A DNA stretch of 64,000 bases from Gammaproteobacteria bacterium (lineage in GTDB: Bacteria > Pseudomonadota > Gammaproteobacteria > Steroidobacterales > GCA-2729495): the NCBI GenBank assembly GCA_028285245.1, contig JANQPY010000036.1, positions 11,395 through 75,394 of the forward strand, in the 5' to 3' direction. Position 1 is the first letter of the stretch; each line of letters starts with the position of its first letter. A program made the position numbers and the translations under genes. The notes beneath the pieces were generated by a model. That model ran no database searches. It worked only from the letters and a program-made list of their open reading frames with translations, and was not told where the DNA came from. Below, in pieces: positions 45,876-54,106 of this stretch.

Positions 45876-47732
45876 TTATTCGCCGGTTTGAATGTGCACG
45901 CCGATCACCGTGGCGGTAACCGTGTTGGCCGCGGTGTCGTAGGCGCCCCGGGCATGCAAACTGCGCGCCACTGTCGAACCGTCCAGCAATCCGTTCAGCG
46001 TGCCAACGAAGCGTTCGAAGTCACGGAATACCTGTACACGCCGGTCCTGAAGGATGGCGAAGCGGCGGCGGCCGTCATCATTACCGACAATCGTCGGTGA
46101 GGCCGGCAGATCCATTAAATCCAGCACCACATCACCAATGCGAATAAAGTGGCGCTCACCGAGATCCGAATTGTCGAGGTCAATGACCAGACCAGTGGGA
46201 TCGGCCATCAGGAACGGCGCGGTAGTGCCGGTCTCGCCCCAGCCGACGCCCAGCCTGGCCCGCGCAACAGCCACATCGATCACCGACCGGCCTTCGAAGT
46301 CAGGCGGCGCCAGACCGAACGGCGAAACAAAGCCGCGCACACTGACAGGCGTGTCCGGCAGCACAGAATCCATGCCAAGTGCACCGGTGCTGACTTCGTA
46401 GTCGAGCGGATCGGCATCCACGGTGCTGTCAGTGCCGGTCCCGGCAAAATCGAACAGAGATACTCTGCGCCTGTCCACAGCCAGAAGCTCCATGTTGAGC
46501 TGCCCGGGGACAACGCTGTTGGCTGAGCCGGACAAACGTGTGTAGCGCAGCCTTACGCGGCCGTCGGTCGCGTCCATGGTGAGTCCCGGCAGGGCGGGAT
46601 CCGAAGTTAGCTCACCGAGCACAGCAACACGCTGGCCCACGGAGATCGCGGCAATGCCCTGATCAACGCCAGGCTCGCCAGGCTTTCGAACAAACGTGTC
46701 AGCGCCTAGCTGAATCTCGACGTCGTCATTGAAGATCACACTGCCGCTTCTCGGTACCACTGTCGCACCCCGCACCGTGAGCACGTCTCCAGAACGTGCG
46801 ATGACGTTGCCGAACACAGCGTCATAGCGTTCACCGCCAACACTGTCGCCGGCCAGGACCTGGCTGGCCGTAAACTCGCGGTTCGCGACATCGAGCGTAC
46901 CGAGTGCAACAGTAGGTGTGCCGGCGCCCAGACGGTCCAGGGCTTCGAGCCCGTCGGTACCCATGAAGCTGTCGCCGTTGATATCGAACTCGGTTTCGTT
47001 CTCGATCTGCACGCGCACGCGGCCGAAATCACCGAGGCGCCGATACCACGGCCTGAGCCGGACGGTGTACTGCGATTCATCGACATCAACCGCGACCAAC
47101 GGACCGCGGACACGCAGATCCTTCTCATCGACCGGCTCAAGATCCGCCACGAGGAAAGGTGCAGCGATCACGGTCGCCGGTGCGGTGGACGTATCCACGC
47201 GATGCGATGCCTCCAGATCGAAATCAATGGTTAACAGCGCCGGCCGGCCAGGTGCGACGACCAGCGGGCGATTGTCTTCAAGCTGTATATCCAGGGTGTA
47301 GGTTGTCAGCGGACTGCCGACATCATCCGTCACGATCACCGGTTCGGCCATGTTGCTCACTTCCACCTGCACATCTGCATTGGTGTAGTCGAGTGTGATG
47401 GCTCCAGCAACATAGGCGCCATTGGGCACCTGTGCCGCCGTAAACAGCTCGGTCAGATTCACGTACTGGGCAAAATCAATCCGCGCTGCATTCGGCAGCG
47501 TCTCGACCACGGTTCCGTTGGCCTTGGTCAACGTGATTGATTGGACATCGACGGCGTAAGTGATGAAGTCGCCCTCGGCATCGGTCAGCGCGACGAGAAC
47601 CTCTCCGGTCCCGGCGGCCGTTTCGGTCGTAGCATCAGGGCCCGAGCTGCCACCGCAGCCCGCCAGTAGCGCGGTCAACGCCATCAGGGTCATCAGCCAA
47701 ACAAACTTTGCTGTCCGCAATAAGTCGAGCAT
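45876..47732 (-). CDS. large lipoprotein with N-terminal DUF4382-like domain
   Basis: Lipobox ALLAGCGGSS. 'VLVALTDAEGDFITYAVDVQSITL' resembles the DUF4382 'LTDAP...v.v.i..i.l' start. The remainder is beta-rich. Confidence 0.65.
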   Translation of the reverse strand: MLDLLRTAKFVWLMTLMALTALLAGCGGSSGPDATTETAAGTGEVLVALTDAEGDFITYAVDVQSITLTKANGTVVETLPNAARIDFAQYVNLTELFTAAQVPNGAYVAGAITLDYTNADVQVEVSNMAEPVIVTDDVGSPLTTYTLDIQLEDNRPLVVAPGRPALLTIDFDLEASHRVDTSTAPATVIAAPFLVADLEPVDEKDLRVRGPLVAVDVDESQYTVRLRPWYRRLGDFGRVRVQIENETEFDINGDSFMGTDGLEALDRLGAGTPTVALGTLDVANREFTASQVLAGDSVGGERYDAVFGNVIARSGDVLTVRGATVVPRSGSVIFNDDVEIQLGADTFVRKPGEPGVDQGIAAISVGQRVAVLGELTSDPALPGLTMDATDGRVRLRYTRLSGSANSVVPGQLNMELLAVDRRRVSLFDFAGTGTDSTVDADPLDYEVSTGALGMDSVLPDTPVSVRGFVSPFGLAPPDFEGRSVIDVAVARARLGVGWGETGTTAPFLMADPTGLVIDLDNSDLGERHFIRIGDVVLDLMDLPASPTIVGNDDGRRRFAILQDRRVQVFRDFERFVGTLNGLLDGSTVARSLHARGAYDTAANTVTATVIGVHIQTGE

Positions 47733-47919
47733 GGGTCTTCTCCCTCGGTAGTCAGACAGGAGAACGCGGCTCTGCGATGGCGGTTGACTGCTGGGATGAA
47801 TCTTTTTCGGCGCCGGGCCGGCTTGTGTGCGTTCCTGCAGGCGGAGGCCGGCCCGGCAGAGCGCCAGCGGGACGAGTGGATCAGGCTGTCGCTGCCTGAT
47901 TAGAATTATGTTAAGTGAT

Positions 47920-47949
47920 TTGAATTGTTCCAGATAGCAAAGCTATATT
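47920..47949 (+). promoter_or_regulatory. sigma70-like promoter for the 1008-aa gene
   Basis: TTGAAT (47920-47925), an 18-nt spacer, then TATATT (47944-47949), inside an AT-rich divergent intergenic region. The palindrome TGTTC-A-GAACA at 47951-47961 follows immediately and may be an operator. Confidence 0.5.
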
Positions 47950-48011
47950 CTGTTCAGAACAAAAAACTCGCCAACAACTAAACGCCGCTTCAACGTCCTG
48001 GGGGGGATCCG

Positions 48012-51000
48012 ATGCGTCATCTATATCAGCGACTCCGAGTCGCCGTTCTGGCCTGCTCATTTGCTAGCACATTCCTGTTCAGCGCGGGGCTATCCGCCGC
48101 CGTAACCACGATTGATATCACCGGCAACTTGTCGGATGGCGATAACAACTGCACGCAAATTACGCTGGCGTTTACAACCCGTGATTGCAGCTACGGGAAC
48201 ACCCGGCGTGCTCAAACGGGAGCGTTTAGTAGTCCCTGGCAGGGCTTTAGCAGCGGCAGCGGGTTCTACACGCCCGGATCAACGGGCGATGACATCGCCT
48301 ATACGCCTGGGCCAGGTGATGCCGCGAACGGCCGAATCGCTCCAGGCATCACCGGCACGATCAGCATTGATGACAATGACACCCCAGGGAACGCCGACGA
48401 CGACATCGTAAACGGCAACTTCGTTATCGGGGCGGCCGTGCGCAACACGCCGACGGGGCAAACCGATCGAATCACCGAAGCCTGGTCAAGTTACGACCAC
48501 ACGATGGCGCCCACGCCCGTAAACGCGGCGGTCGATCTTGGTGCTGGCACGACGCGGTACATCATCGCCGCTGATGGCGTGATCCCGGCGGATATTTGCT
48601 CTGCCGGAGACCCCGGTGACTGCTTCCCTACCGATGCAGTACTAGAGGCTAACGGTCCGGTGGGGTTTTGGCCTTCGGATTCACCGTCATCAAATGTGCC
48701 TTCCAGTGCGAGCCCATCGGACGGTGTCGGCATTGCCCGATCAACATTCTTTGCTTCGGGTCAGACGAATCCGCAACCTGGACCGCCTTTCCCAGCCGGT
48801 CCCGCTTTTGGCGCGGCCTCGACGACTGCGGTGATGAATGACTATGTCTGCACCGATAACGGGCTTAGCAACGACTGCAACGACAACGTGCTGATCTGGA
48901 ACAACCCGGCTTTTGCTCCGATTGGCCAATCCGAAGACCCAGGCTGGGACAATCTGATTCTGGTCATCGATGTAGATGCCGCCGGCGATGTCGTTGCTGC
49001 CCAAGGCTGGTGGACTCAGGAGTACTTCATCAACTTCAGCGTCAATGATGGCTCTACCGCTAATTCCTGGTCCGCAGGCACATTGAGCTTTACGGGTGAA
49101 TGCGCCAGCAACTGCCCGGGTGGTGGCACAGCGAACGACGATGAAGCAACAACCTCGTTCAACACCACCGTCTCCATCGACATCCTCGATAACGACGATG
49201 ACTTTACGGACCCGGTCAGCGTTTTTGTGCTGGTGGGTCCATCCGCTGGCGGAACCACGCAGGTCTTGGGCTCGCCCGGTCCTGCCGCTGGCGTCAGCAT
49301 TCTATATACACCCGTAGCCGGTCAGACGCCGTACGTTGACACGTTTACCTACCAGGTATCCGACGGCTTCGGAACGGATACCGCCACCGTGACAGTAGAC
49401 ATCGTCGGCGACGCACCGGTCATCCGCACGATCAACATTGGCGGCAACCTCGCTGATTCGGACAATGGCTGCTGGCAACTGACGCTTGCATTCACCAGTC
49501 GAGACTGCAGCTACGGCAATACGCGCCGCGCGCAAACCGGCGCGTTCCGGCCGGAGTGGCAGGGCTTTGGTGGCGGCAGCGGCTTCTACACGCCGGGCTC
49601 GACGGGCGACGATGTTTTCTATCGGCCTCAGCCGGGGGATGTAGCTCAGGGCCGCATCGCCCCAGCGATTACCGGCCTCATCAATATCAATGACAACGGT
49701 ACGCCGGGTGACGCCCTTGACGACCTCATTGAGGGTGAAATCGTCATTGGTGCCGCGGTGCGCAATGCGGCAACCGGACAAACTGACAGGGTGACGGAAA
49801 GCTGGTCCAGCTACGTGCACACGCTGGCGCCGACCGCAGTCAACGACGCCGTGGATCTCGGCGGTGGCACCACGCGATACATCATCGCCGCCAATGGTGA
49901 ACTGCCGGCGGAAATCTGCTCGGCGAACGATCCCAGCGATTGCTTCCCCTCGGATGCAGCTCTGGAACCTGTCTTCTCCCTCGATGGATTTTGGCCCTCA
50001 AGCTCCCCGTCGTCGAACGTAGGACCGGCCGTGACCCCGTCAGATGGCGTCGGCATTGCGCGCTCGCGCTTCTTTGCTTCCGGTCAGGGCCTGATCCCAG
50101 GGCCACCGTTCCCATCAGGGCCCGCGTTCGGCGCCGCCCGCACAACGGCGGTGATGAACGACTACGTGTGCACCGATACGGGTGCCAGCGATGACTGCAA
50201 CGACAGCGTGCTGGTCTGGAACAATCCGGCGAGCGCCCCGGTCGGCCAGTCGGAAGATCCGGGCTGGGACAATCTGATCCTGTGGCTGGACGTTAGTGCC
50301 GATGGCGACATCGTTGACGCCGGCGGCTGGTGGACGCAGGAGTGGTTCATAAACTTCAGCGTTAATGATGGCCAGACCGACAATAGCTGGTCTGCAGGCA
50401 CCCTGGCTTTTACTGGCACCTGCAGCAACTGCCAGACCGTCAGTGCAGAAGATGACAACGCCACGACGGCAGAGAACGTGGCGGTAGACATCGACATCCT
50501 GGCGAATGATCTTGGCTTAATTGATCCGGTATCCGTTCAGATCACGGCTGCGCCGTCGATTGGAACGGCCCAGGTCAACAACTCGCCCGGTCCTGCTGAC
50601 GGCATCAGCATTACCTACACGCCGAGTCCGGATACCACCGGTATCGATACGCTGGAGTATCAGGCTACCGATGCCAATGGTGAATCGGATACTGCGACGG
50701 TAACGATCACGGTTGAGGCTGCCATCGACTCCGACAGTGACGGCATCGCTGATGACTTCGACAACTGCATCAACGTGCCCAATGGCCCATTGATTCCGGA
50801 CGCCGGCGGCAACATACAACTGGATGCGGATGGTGACCTGATCGGTAACGCCTGTGATGCCGATTTTGACAACGACGGTGAGGTGAGCATCATCGATGCT
50901 ATTGCGCTGTTCTTCACCCTGGGGTCCGACAACGCCTTTTCTGATCTGAACGGCAACGGCGTCGTCGATCTGCCGGACTACATCATCATGATCCTGCAGT

Positions 51001-51038
51001 TCGGTGGCCCACCAGGACCGTCGGGGCTCATAGACTAA
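48012..51038 (+). CDS. large secreted repeat protein: 2 x 440-aa module (novel Cys-containing domain plus cadherin/Ig-like domain), TSP3 repeats, dockerin-like C-terminus
   Basis: GGGGGGAT SD and a signal peptide ending ...SAGLSAA. An internal duplication is described in the repeat features below. 'DSDSDGIADDFDNC...DADGDLIGNACDADFDNDG' is a thrombospondin type-3 Ca-binding repeat. 'DLNGNGVVDLPDY' is dockerin/EF-hand-like. Confidence 0.85.
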   Translation: MRHLYQRLRVAVLACSFASTFLFSAGLSAAVTTIDITGNLSDGDNNCTQITLAFTTRDCSYGNTRRAQTGAFSSPWQGFSSGSGFYTPGSTGDDIAYTPGPGDAANGRIAPGITGTISIDDNDTPGNADDDIVNGNFVIGAAVRNTPTGQTDRITEAWSSYDHTMAPTPVNAAVDLGAGTTRYIIAADGVIPADICSAGDPGDCFPTDAVLEANGPVGFWPSDSPSSNVPSSASPSDGVGIARSTFFASGQTNPQPGPPFPAGPAFGAASTTAVMNDYVCTDNGLSNDCNDNVLIWNNPAFAPIGQSEDPGWDNLILVIDVDAAGDVVAAQGWWTQEYFINFSVNDGSTANSWSAGTLSFTGECASNCPGGGTANDDEATTSFNTTVSIDILDNDDDFTDPVSVFVLVGPSAGGTTQVLGSPGPAAGVSILYTPVAGQTPYVDTFTYQVSDGFGTDTATVTVDIVGDAPVIRTINIGGNLADSDNGCWQLTLAFTSRDCSYGNTRRAQTGAFRPEWQGFGGGSGFYTPGSTGDDVFYRPQPGDVAQGRIAPAITGLININDNGTPGDALDDLIEGEIVIGAAVRNAATGQTDRVTESWSSYVHTLAPTAVNDAVDLGGGTTRYIIAANGELPAEICSANDPSDCFPSDAALEPVFSLDGFWPSSSPSSNVGPAVTPSDGVGIARSRFFASGQGLIPGPPFPSGPAFGAARTTAVMNDYVCTDTGASDDCNDSVLVWNNPASAPVGQSEDPGWDNLILWLDVSADGDIVDAGGWWTQEWFINFSVNDGQTDNSWSAGTLAFTGTCSNCQTVSAEDDNATTAENVAVDIDILANDLGLIDPVSVQITAAPSIGTAQVNNSPGPADGISITYTPSPDTTGIDTLEYQATDANGESDTATVTITVEAAIDSDSDGIADDFDNCINVPNGPLIPDAGGNIQLDADGDLIGNACDADFDNDGEVSIIDAIALFFTLGSDNAFSDLNGNGVVDLPDYIIMILQFGGPPGPSGLID
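48102..49421 (+). repeat. intragenic repeat unit 1 (aa 31-470)
   Basis: It aligns almost without gaps to aa 471-903 at a 440-aa offset. Examples: IDITGNLSDGDNNC/INIGGNLADSDNGC, RDCSYGNTRRAQTGAF, GFYTPGSTGDD, TTAVMNDYVCTD, SEDPGWDNLIL, WWTQE.FINFSVNDG, NSWSAGTL.FTG. Confidence 0.9.
49422..50720 (+). repeat. intragenic repeat unit 2 (aa 471-903)
   Basis: Partner of unit 1. The DNA is clearly diverged, with many synonymous and non-synonymous differences, so this is an old duplication and not an assembly artefact. Confidence 0.9.
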
Positions 51039-51051
51039 GGCGCTGACCTGC

Positions 51052-51096
51052 CTGCCCGCGCCGCATTGAAGCGGCGCGGGCAGCCCCCTTTCTTCT
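51052..51096 (+). terminator. rho-independent terminator
   Basis: A 13-bp perfect stem CTGCCCGCGCCGC / GCGGCGCGGGCAG (51052-51064 / 51071-51083) with a 6-nt loop, followed by CCCCCTTTCTTCT. Confidence 0.8.
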
Positions 51097-51114
51097 GACC
51101 TAGAATGTCCGCCC

Positions 51115-51990
51115 ATGAAGCGGAGACAATTTCTTACCCAGGCCGCAGCCGCTGCGGCGCTCGGTCTCGCGGCTCTGCAACCCGCGCGGACACAACCATC
51201 CACTCTGATCGACCTCACGCTTGATGATGCAGATCTGCTCGATCTGTTTATCAAGATGCGTTACAGCCTCGACAACAGAATCACGATCGGCTGGGTTGAT
51301 GCGGTCAACTACGGTTTCGTGGAGGGCGAAACCTTCCCACTCTACCGGCTGCTGGCTGCTACCTGGCGAAAGACATGGCAGCCGGAGCCCGGCCGTTACC
51401 GAACGCGACAGATCGAGGTGGCGTTCTTCCTGGATATTGAAACGGGCGAACGGCTGGAAACGCTGCGCATGCCACTGACCAACCAAGTCGTTGAAGTGCC
51501 ACTCTACCGGGCGGGACCTTCAGAAGACGATGTGGAGGTGCGCTTTAGCAAGGAACGGCGCTTTGAGATGAAGGATGAGACCCGGGATGGCGACTCGTTT
51601 TTTACGGGTGGCAGTTCGATCTCCGAGGGTTTCATCAGTCAGCCGCAGCGCGCCGGCGACGATTTCTTTTTGCGCCAGGACATCGACACCCGGGTGTTCA
51701 GTGCGCCCGGCTCTCCACCATCGTTTTTCTACCGCGAATGGACGGTGACGCGTGCGAGCTGGGCAGCGCTGCAGCAGGAAGATCTGGCGCTGGTGCCCTG
51801 CGAGGTCAGCTATACCGCCACGGCGGCCTGGCGACCCTGGATGCAGATGCAAGGGCAACCGGGACACACGATCCAGAACGGATTTGGCGGACGCGTTGTC
51901 ACCGCGGACAGGCTGCCGGCCGACCTGCAGCAACTCACGGCAGAGCTGCAACCCGATCTCATCGACGATCCACAGGCCGCGCTCGGCTGA
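51115..51990 (+). CDS. Tat-signal exported protein, DUF1838-like
   Basis: Twin-arginine leader MKRRQFLTQAAAAAALGLAAL. The size and the block '...DLFIKMRYSLDNRITIGWVDAVNYGFVEGE' resemble DUF1838 as I recall it, but the family call is tentative. Confidence 0.55.
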   Translation: MKRRQFLTQAAAAAALGLAALQPARTQPSTLIDLTLDDADLLDLFIKMRYSLDNRITIGWVDAVNYGFVEGETFPLYRLLAATWRKTWQPEPGRYRTRQIEVAFFLDIETGERLETLRMPLTNQVVEVPLYRAGPSEDDVEVRFSKERRFEMKDETRDGDSFFTGGSSISEGFISQPQRAGDDFFLRQDIDTRVFSAPGSPPSFFYREWTVTRASWAALQQEDLALVPCEVSYTATAAWRPWMQMQGQPGHTIQNGFGGRVVTADRLPADLQQLTAELQPDLIDDPQAALG

Positions 51991-52242
51991 CCACAGCTAC
52001 GCATGCCGTCCGTGAAGGCCACTTTACATAAGTGCTCTGCCCGGTCGATTGACCGCCACCGAAACCAGCCATCAATGGCTTACGTGCCAAACACTTATGC
52101 GCTGTGAGCGTGACTTGCAGACACCCAATAATGGGTATAGGTTGGATTTTCAGCGGCCCTCGATAAGACCAATCGACGCGCTGCTGCAAGAACCAATAAG
52201 TGGGAATTAAGGACGAGCCACGTCCACCGGGGGGTAACAGTT

Positions 52243-53256
52243 ATGCATGAGCGTATAGCTCTGAACGGGCGCAGCCGCGCACGAACCACTACTTATCACT
52301 CACGCAGCTCTGCGCGGCTTCGCTACCTCATGGCGTTGGGCGCACTGGTTGCCGTTCTGCTGACGCTGTTCGCGGGGCGCGCGCAGGCAATCAGCTTCAC
52401 TCAGCTCGTCGCATTCGGCGACAGCCTGTCTGACACCGGCAACGTTTCTGCCAATACCGGGGGACTCCTGCCACTGCCTCCTTACACTCCTGGTAGATTT
52501 ACGAACGGTCCGGTCTGGATAGAGACCTTTGCCAGCAATCTTGGATTAAGCGCTGTAGCTTCAAACACAGGTGGCACAAATTACGCGCATGGGGGCGCCG
52601 TAACCGGTGCACCGCTATCCAGCTCGTTTCCTTCTCTAAGTCTGACGGATCAGATGAGTCAGTACCTGACTGACACAGGTGGGTTTGCTGATCCCAATGC
52701 GCTGTATGTCATTTGGGGCGGCGGCAACGACGTGCGTGATGGCGACGTTACCGGGTCAGCCGCCAACATTGCCGCAATGGTGACTAATCTTGCGGGGGCG
52801 GGCGCTAGTAACTTTCTGGTAGCGAATCTGCCCGATGTCGGGCTAACACCGGAAGCACAAGGCTTTGGACCGGTAGCCGCGGCTGGCGCGACGTTTCTTT
52901 CCACGACCCACAATGCCAATCTGGCGGCCGAGATGGCAACGTTGCGAGGTTCTCTTGGCGTATCAATTTTTGAGCTGGATGTGTTTGGCTTCCTTAATGA
53001 TGTGATTGCAAACAACTCTTTCGGCATCACAAACACGACCGATGCATGCTATGACGGTGTCACAGGCACTGGTGGAGCGGGAACTGTCTGCAGTGACCCA
53101 GATTCACACCTGTTCTGGGATGGCATTCACCCCACCGCCGCTGCGCATGCCGCGCTGGGTAATTTCGCGAGCACCGTCGTGCCGGTGCCCGCCGCCGTGT
53201 GGTTATTTGGCTCGGCACTGGGTCTCCTGGGCTGGGTACGCCGCAAGGCAGCCTGA
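52243..53256 (+). CDS. SGNH/GDSL lipase-esterase with PEP-CTERM-like C-terminal sorting tail
   Basis: Block I 'AFGDSLSDTGN', block III 'IWGGGNDV', block V 'LFWDGIHPT'. The C-terminus is 'VPVPAAVWLFGSALGLLGWVRRKAA'. The start is ATG 52243 or 52330. Confidence 0.88.
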   Translation: MHERIALNGRSRARTTTYHSRSSARLRYLMALGALVAVLLTLFAGRAQAISFTQLVAFGDSLSDTGNVSANTGGLLPLPPYTPGRFTNGPVWIETFASNLGLSAVASNTGGTNYAHGGAVTGAPLSSSFPSLSLTDQMSQYLTDTGGFADPNALYVIWGGGNDVRDGDVTGSAANIAAMVTNLAGAGASNFLVANLPDVGLTPEAQGFGPVAAAGATFLSTTHNANLAAEMATLRGSLGVSIFELDVFGFLNDVIANNSFGITNTTDACYDGVTGTGGAGTVCSDPDSHLFWDGIHPTAAAHAALGNFASTVVPVPAAVWLFGSALGLLGWVRRKAA

Positions 53257-53276
53257 GGTCTCAACACGAAAGAACG

Positions 53277-53306
53277 AAAAAGCCCGCCGTATGGCGGGCT
53301 TTTTTT
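53277..53306. terminator. bidirectional rho-independent terminator
   Basis: GCCCGCC / GGCGGGC stem (53282-53288 / 53293-53299) flanked by AAAAA (53277-53281) and 7 T (53300-53306). It lies between convergent genes ending at 53256 (+) and 53353 (-). Confidence 0.85.
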
Positions 53307-53352
53307 GTACAGGCCTGGATGGCTGCAGACGCGCCAGCGGCGCTCGGCGTTG

Positions 53353-53922
53353 TTAGTTGGCTGTGTAAGGAAACTCTGCGAACACGAGCGTTAGTGCCTC
53401 ATTCAGCACCGCTTCAAGATTCGTTTTGTCTTCTTCTCTGACGCGGTCCGAAATGCTCGCTTCCCAGACCAGCTGCTTGCGTTGTGCGTCAACCACATCA
53501 ATGGTCAGCATGCCTTCGGTGAATTGGGTCACACGTGTTTCGTAGCCACCCCAGGCGTCATAACGACCCCGCCGGTAGCCATAGTAGACACCAGCGGTGG
53601 GTGTTTGCGTTGTCCTGATCTTGTCTTTTGTATTCGCAAAGAAATTCAGCTGCAGGTCGGGATCTTCGGCTTGACGATAGCCGCGTGCATCCATTTCGCG
53701 ACTCGCCGCCACGGTCAGGTATTGGCTAAGCAGCGAACTGTATTCGGCCCGGTCAGTGCCCAAAGGCTGAGCAAAGCCATAGGTCTTGAACTGGCTGAAG
53801 TCCGCCGTTGGATTCTCGTTGACAACGATGTTTGGACCTGTGGCACAACCAGCCAGCAGCAGGCAGCTGCAAATCAAGGCTGCTGCCAACGAACGCGTGG
53901 TGACGACGACTGAACGATCCAT
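53353..53922 (-). CDS. DUF4136 lipoprotein
   Basis: Lipobox LLLAGCAT followed by 'NENPTADFSQFKTYGF', which is the characteristic DUF4136 start. Confidence 0.7.
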   Translation of the reverse strand: MDRSVVVTTRSLAAALICSCLLLAGCATGPNIVVNENPTADFSQFKTYGFAQPLGTDRAEYSSLLSQYLTVAASREMDARGYRQAEDPDLQLNFFANTKDKIRTTQTPTAGVYYGYRRGRYDAWGGYETRVTQFTEGMLTIDVVDAQRKQLVWEASISDRVREEDKTNLEAVLNEALTLVFAEFPYTAN

Positions 53923-54106
53923 AACTCCGCTCCTATTTTGGGGCCTGTCGGGTGTTTGCGATTGAGCGCCAATCCGTCTGACGCGTCAGACATAGCCGCC
54001 AACAAACAGTACAAAAAGACGTTACTTGATACTGCATGGATGACTTGCCAGCGAATTGTATCCTTGCCAAATCCAGCAATGCAGAATCGCGGGCACCCAA
54101 CCGCGA

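Noticed and set aside
50517-51254. 245-aa minus-strand ORF, and many other 60-170-aa ORFs inside 48012-51038
   Set aside because: They are antisense or out of frame relative to the 1008-aa gene, whose frame is validated by the internal protein-level duplication.
44836-53256. Calling the surface-protein block a horizontally acquired genomic island
   Set aside because: There is no flanking tRNA, integrase, direct repeat or obvious compositional break visible by eye. It is reported only as a functional cluster.
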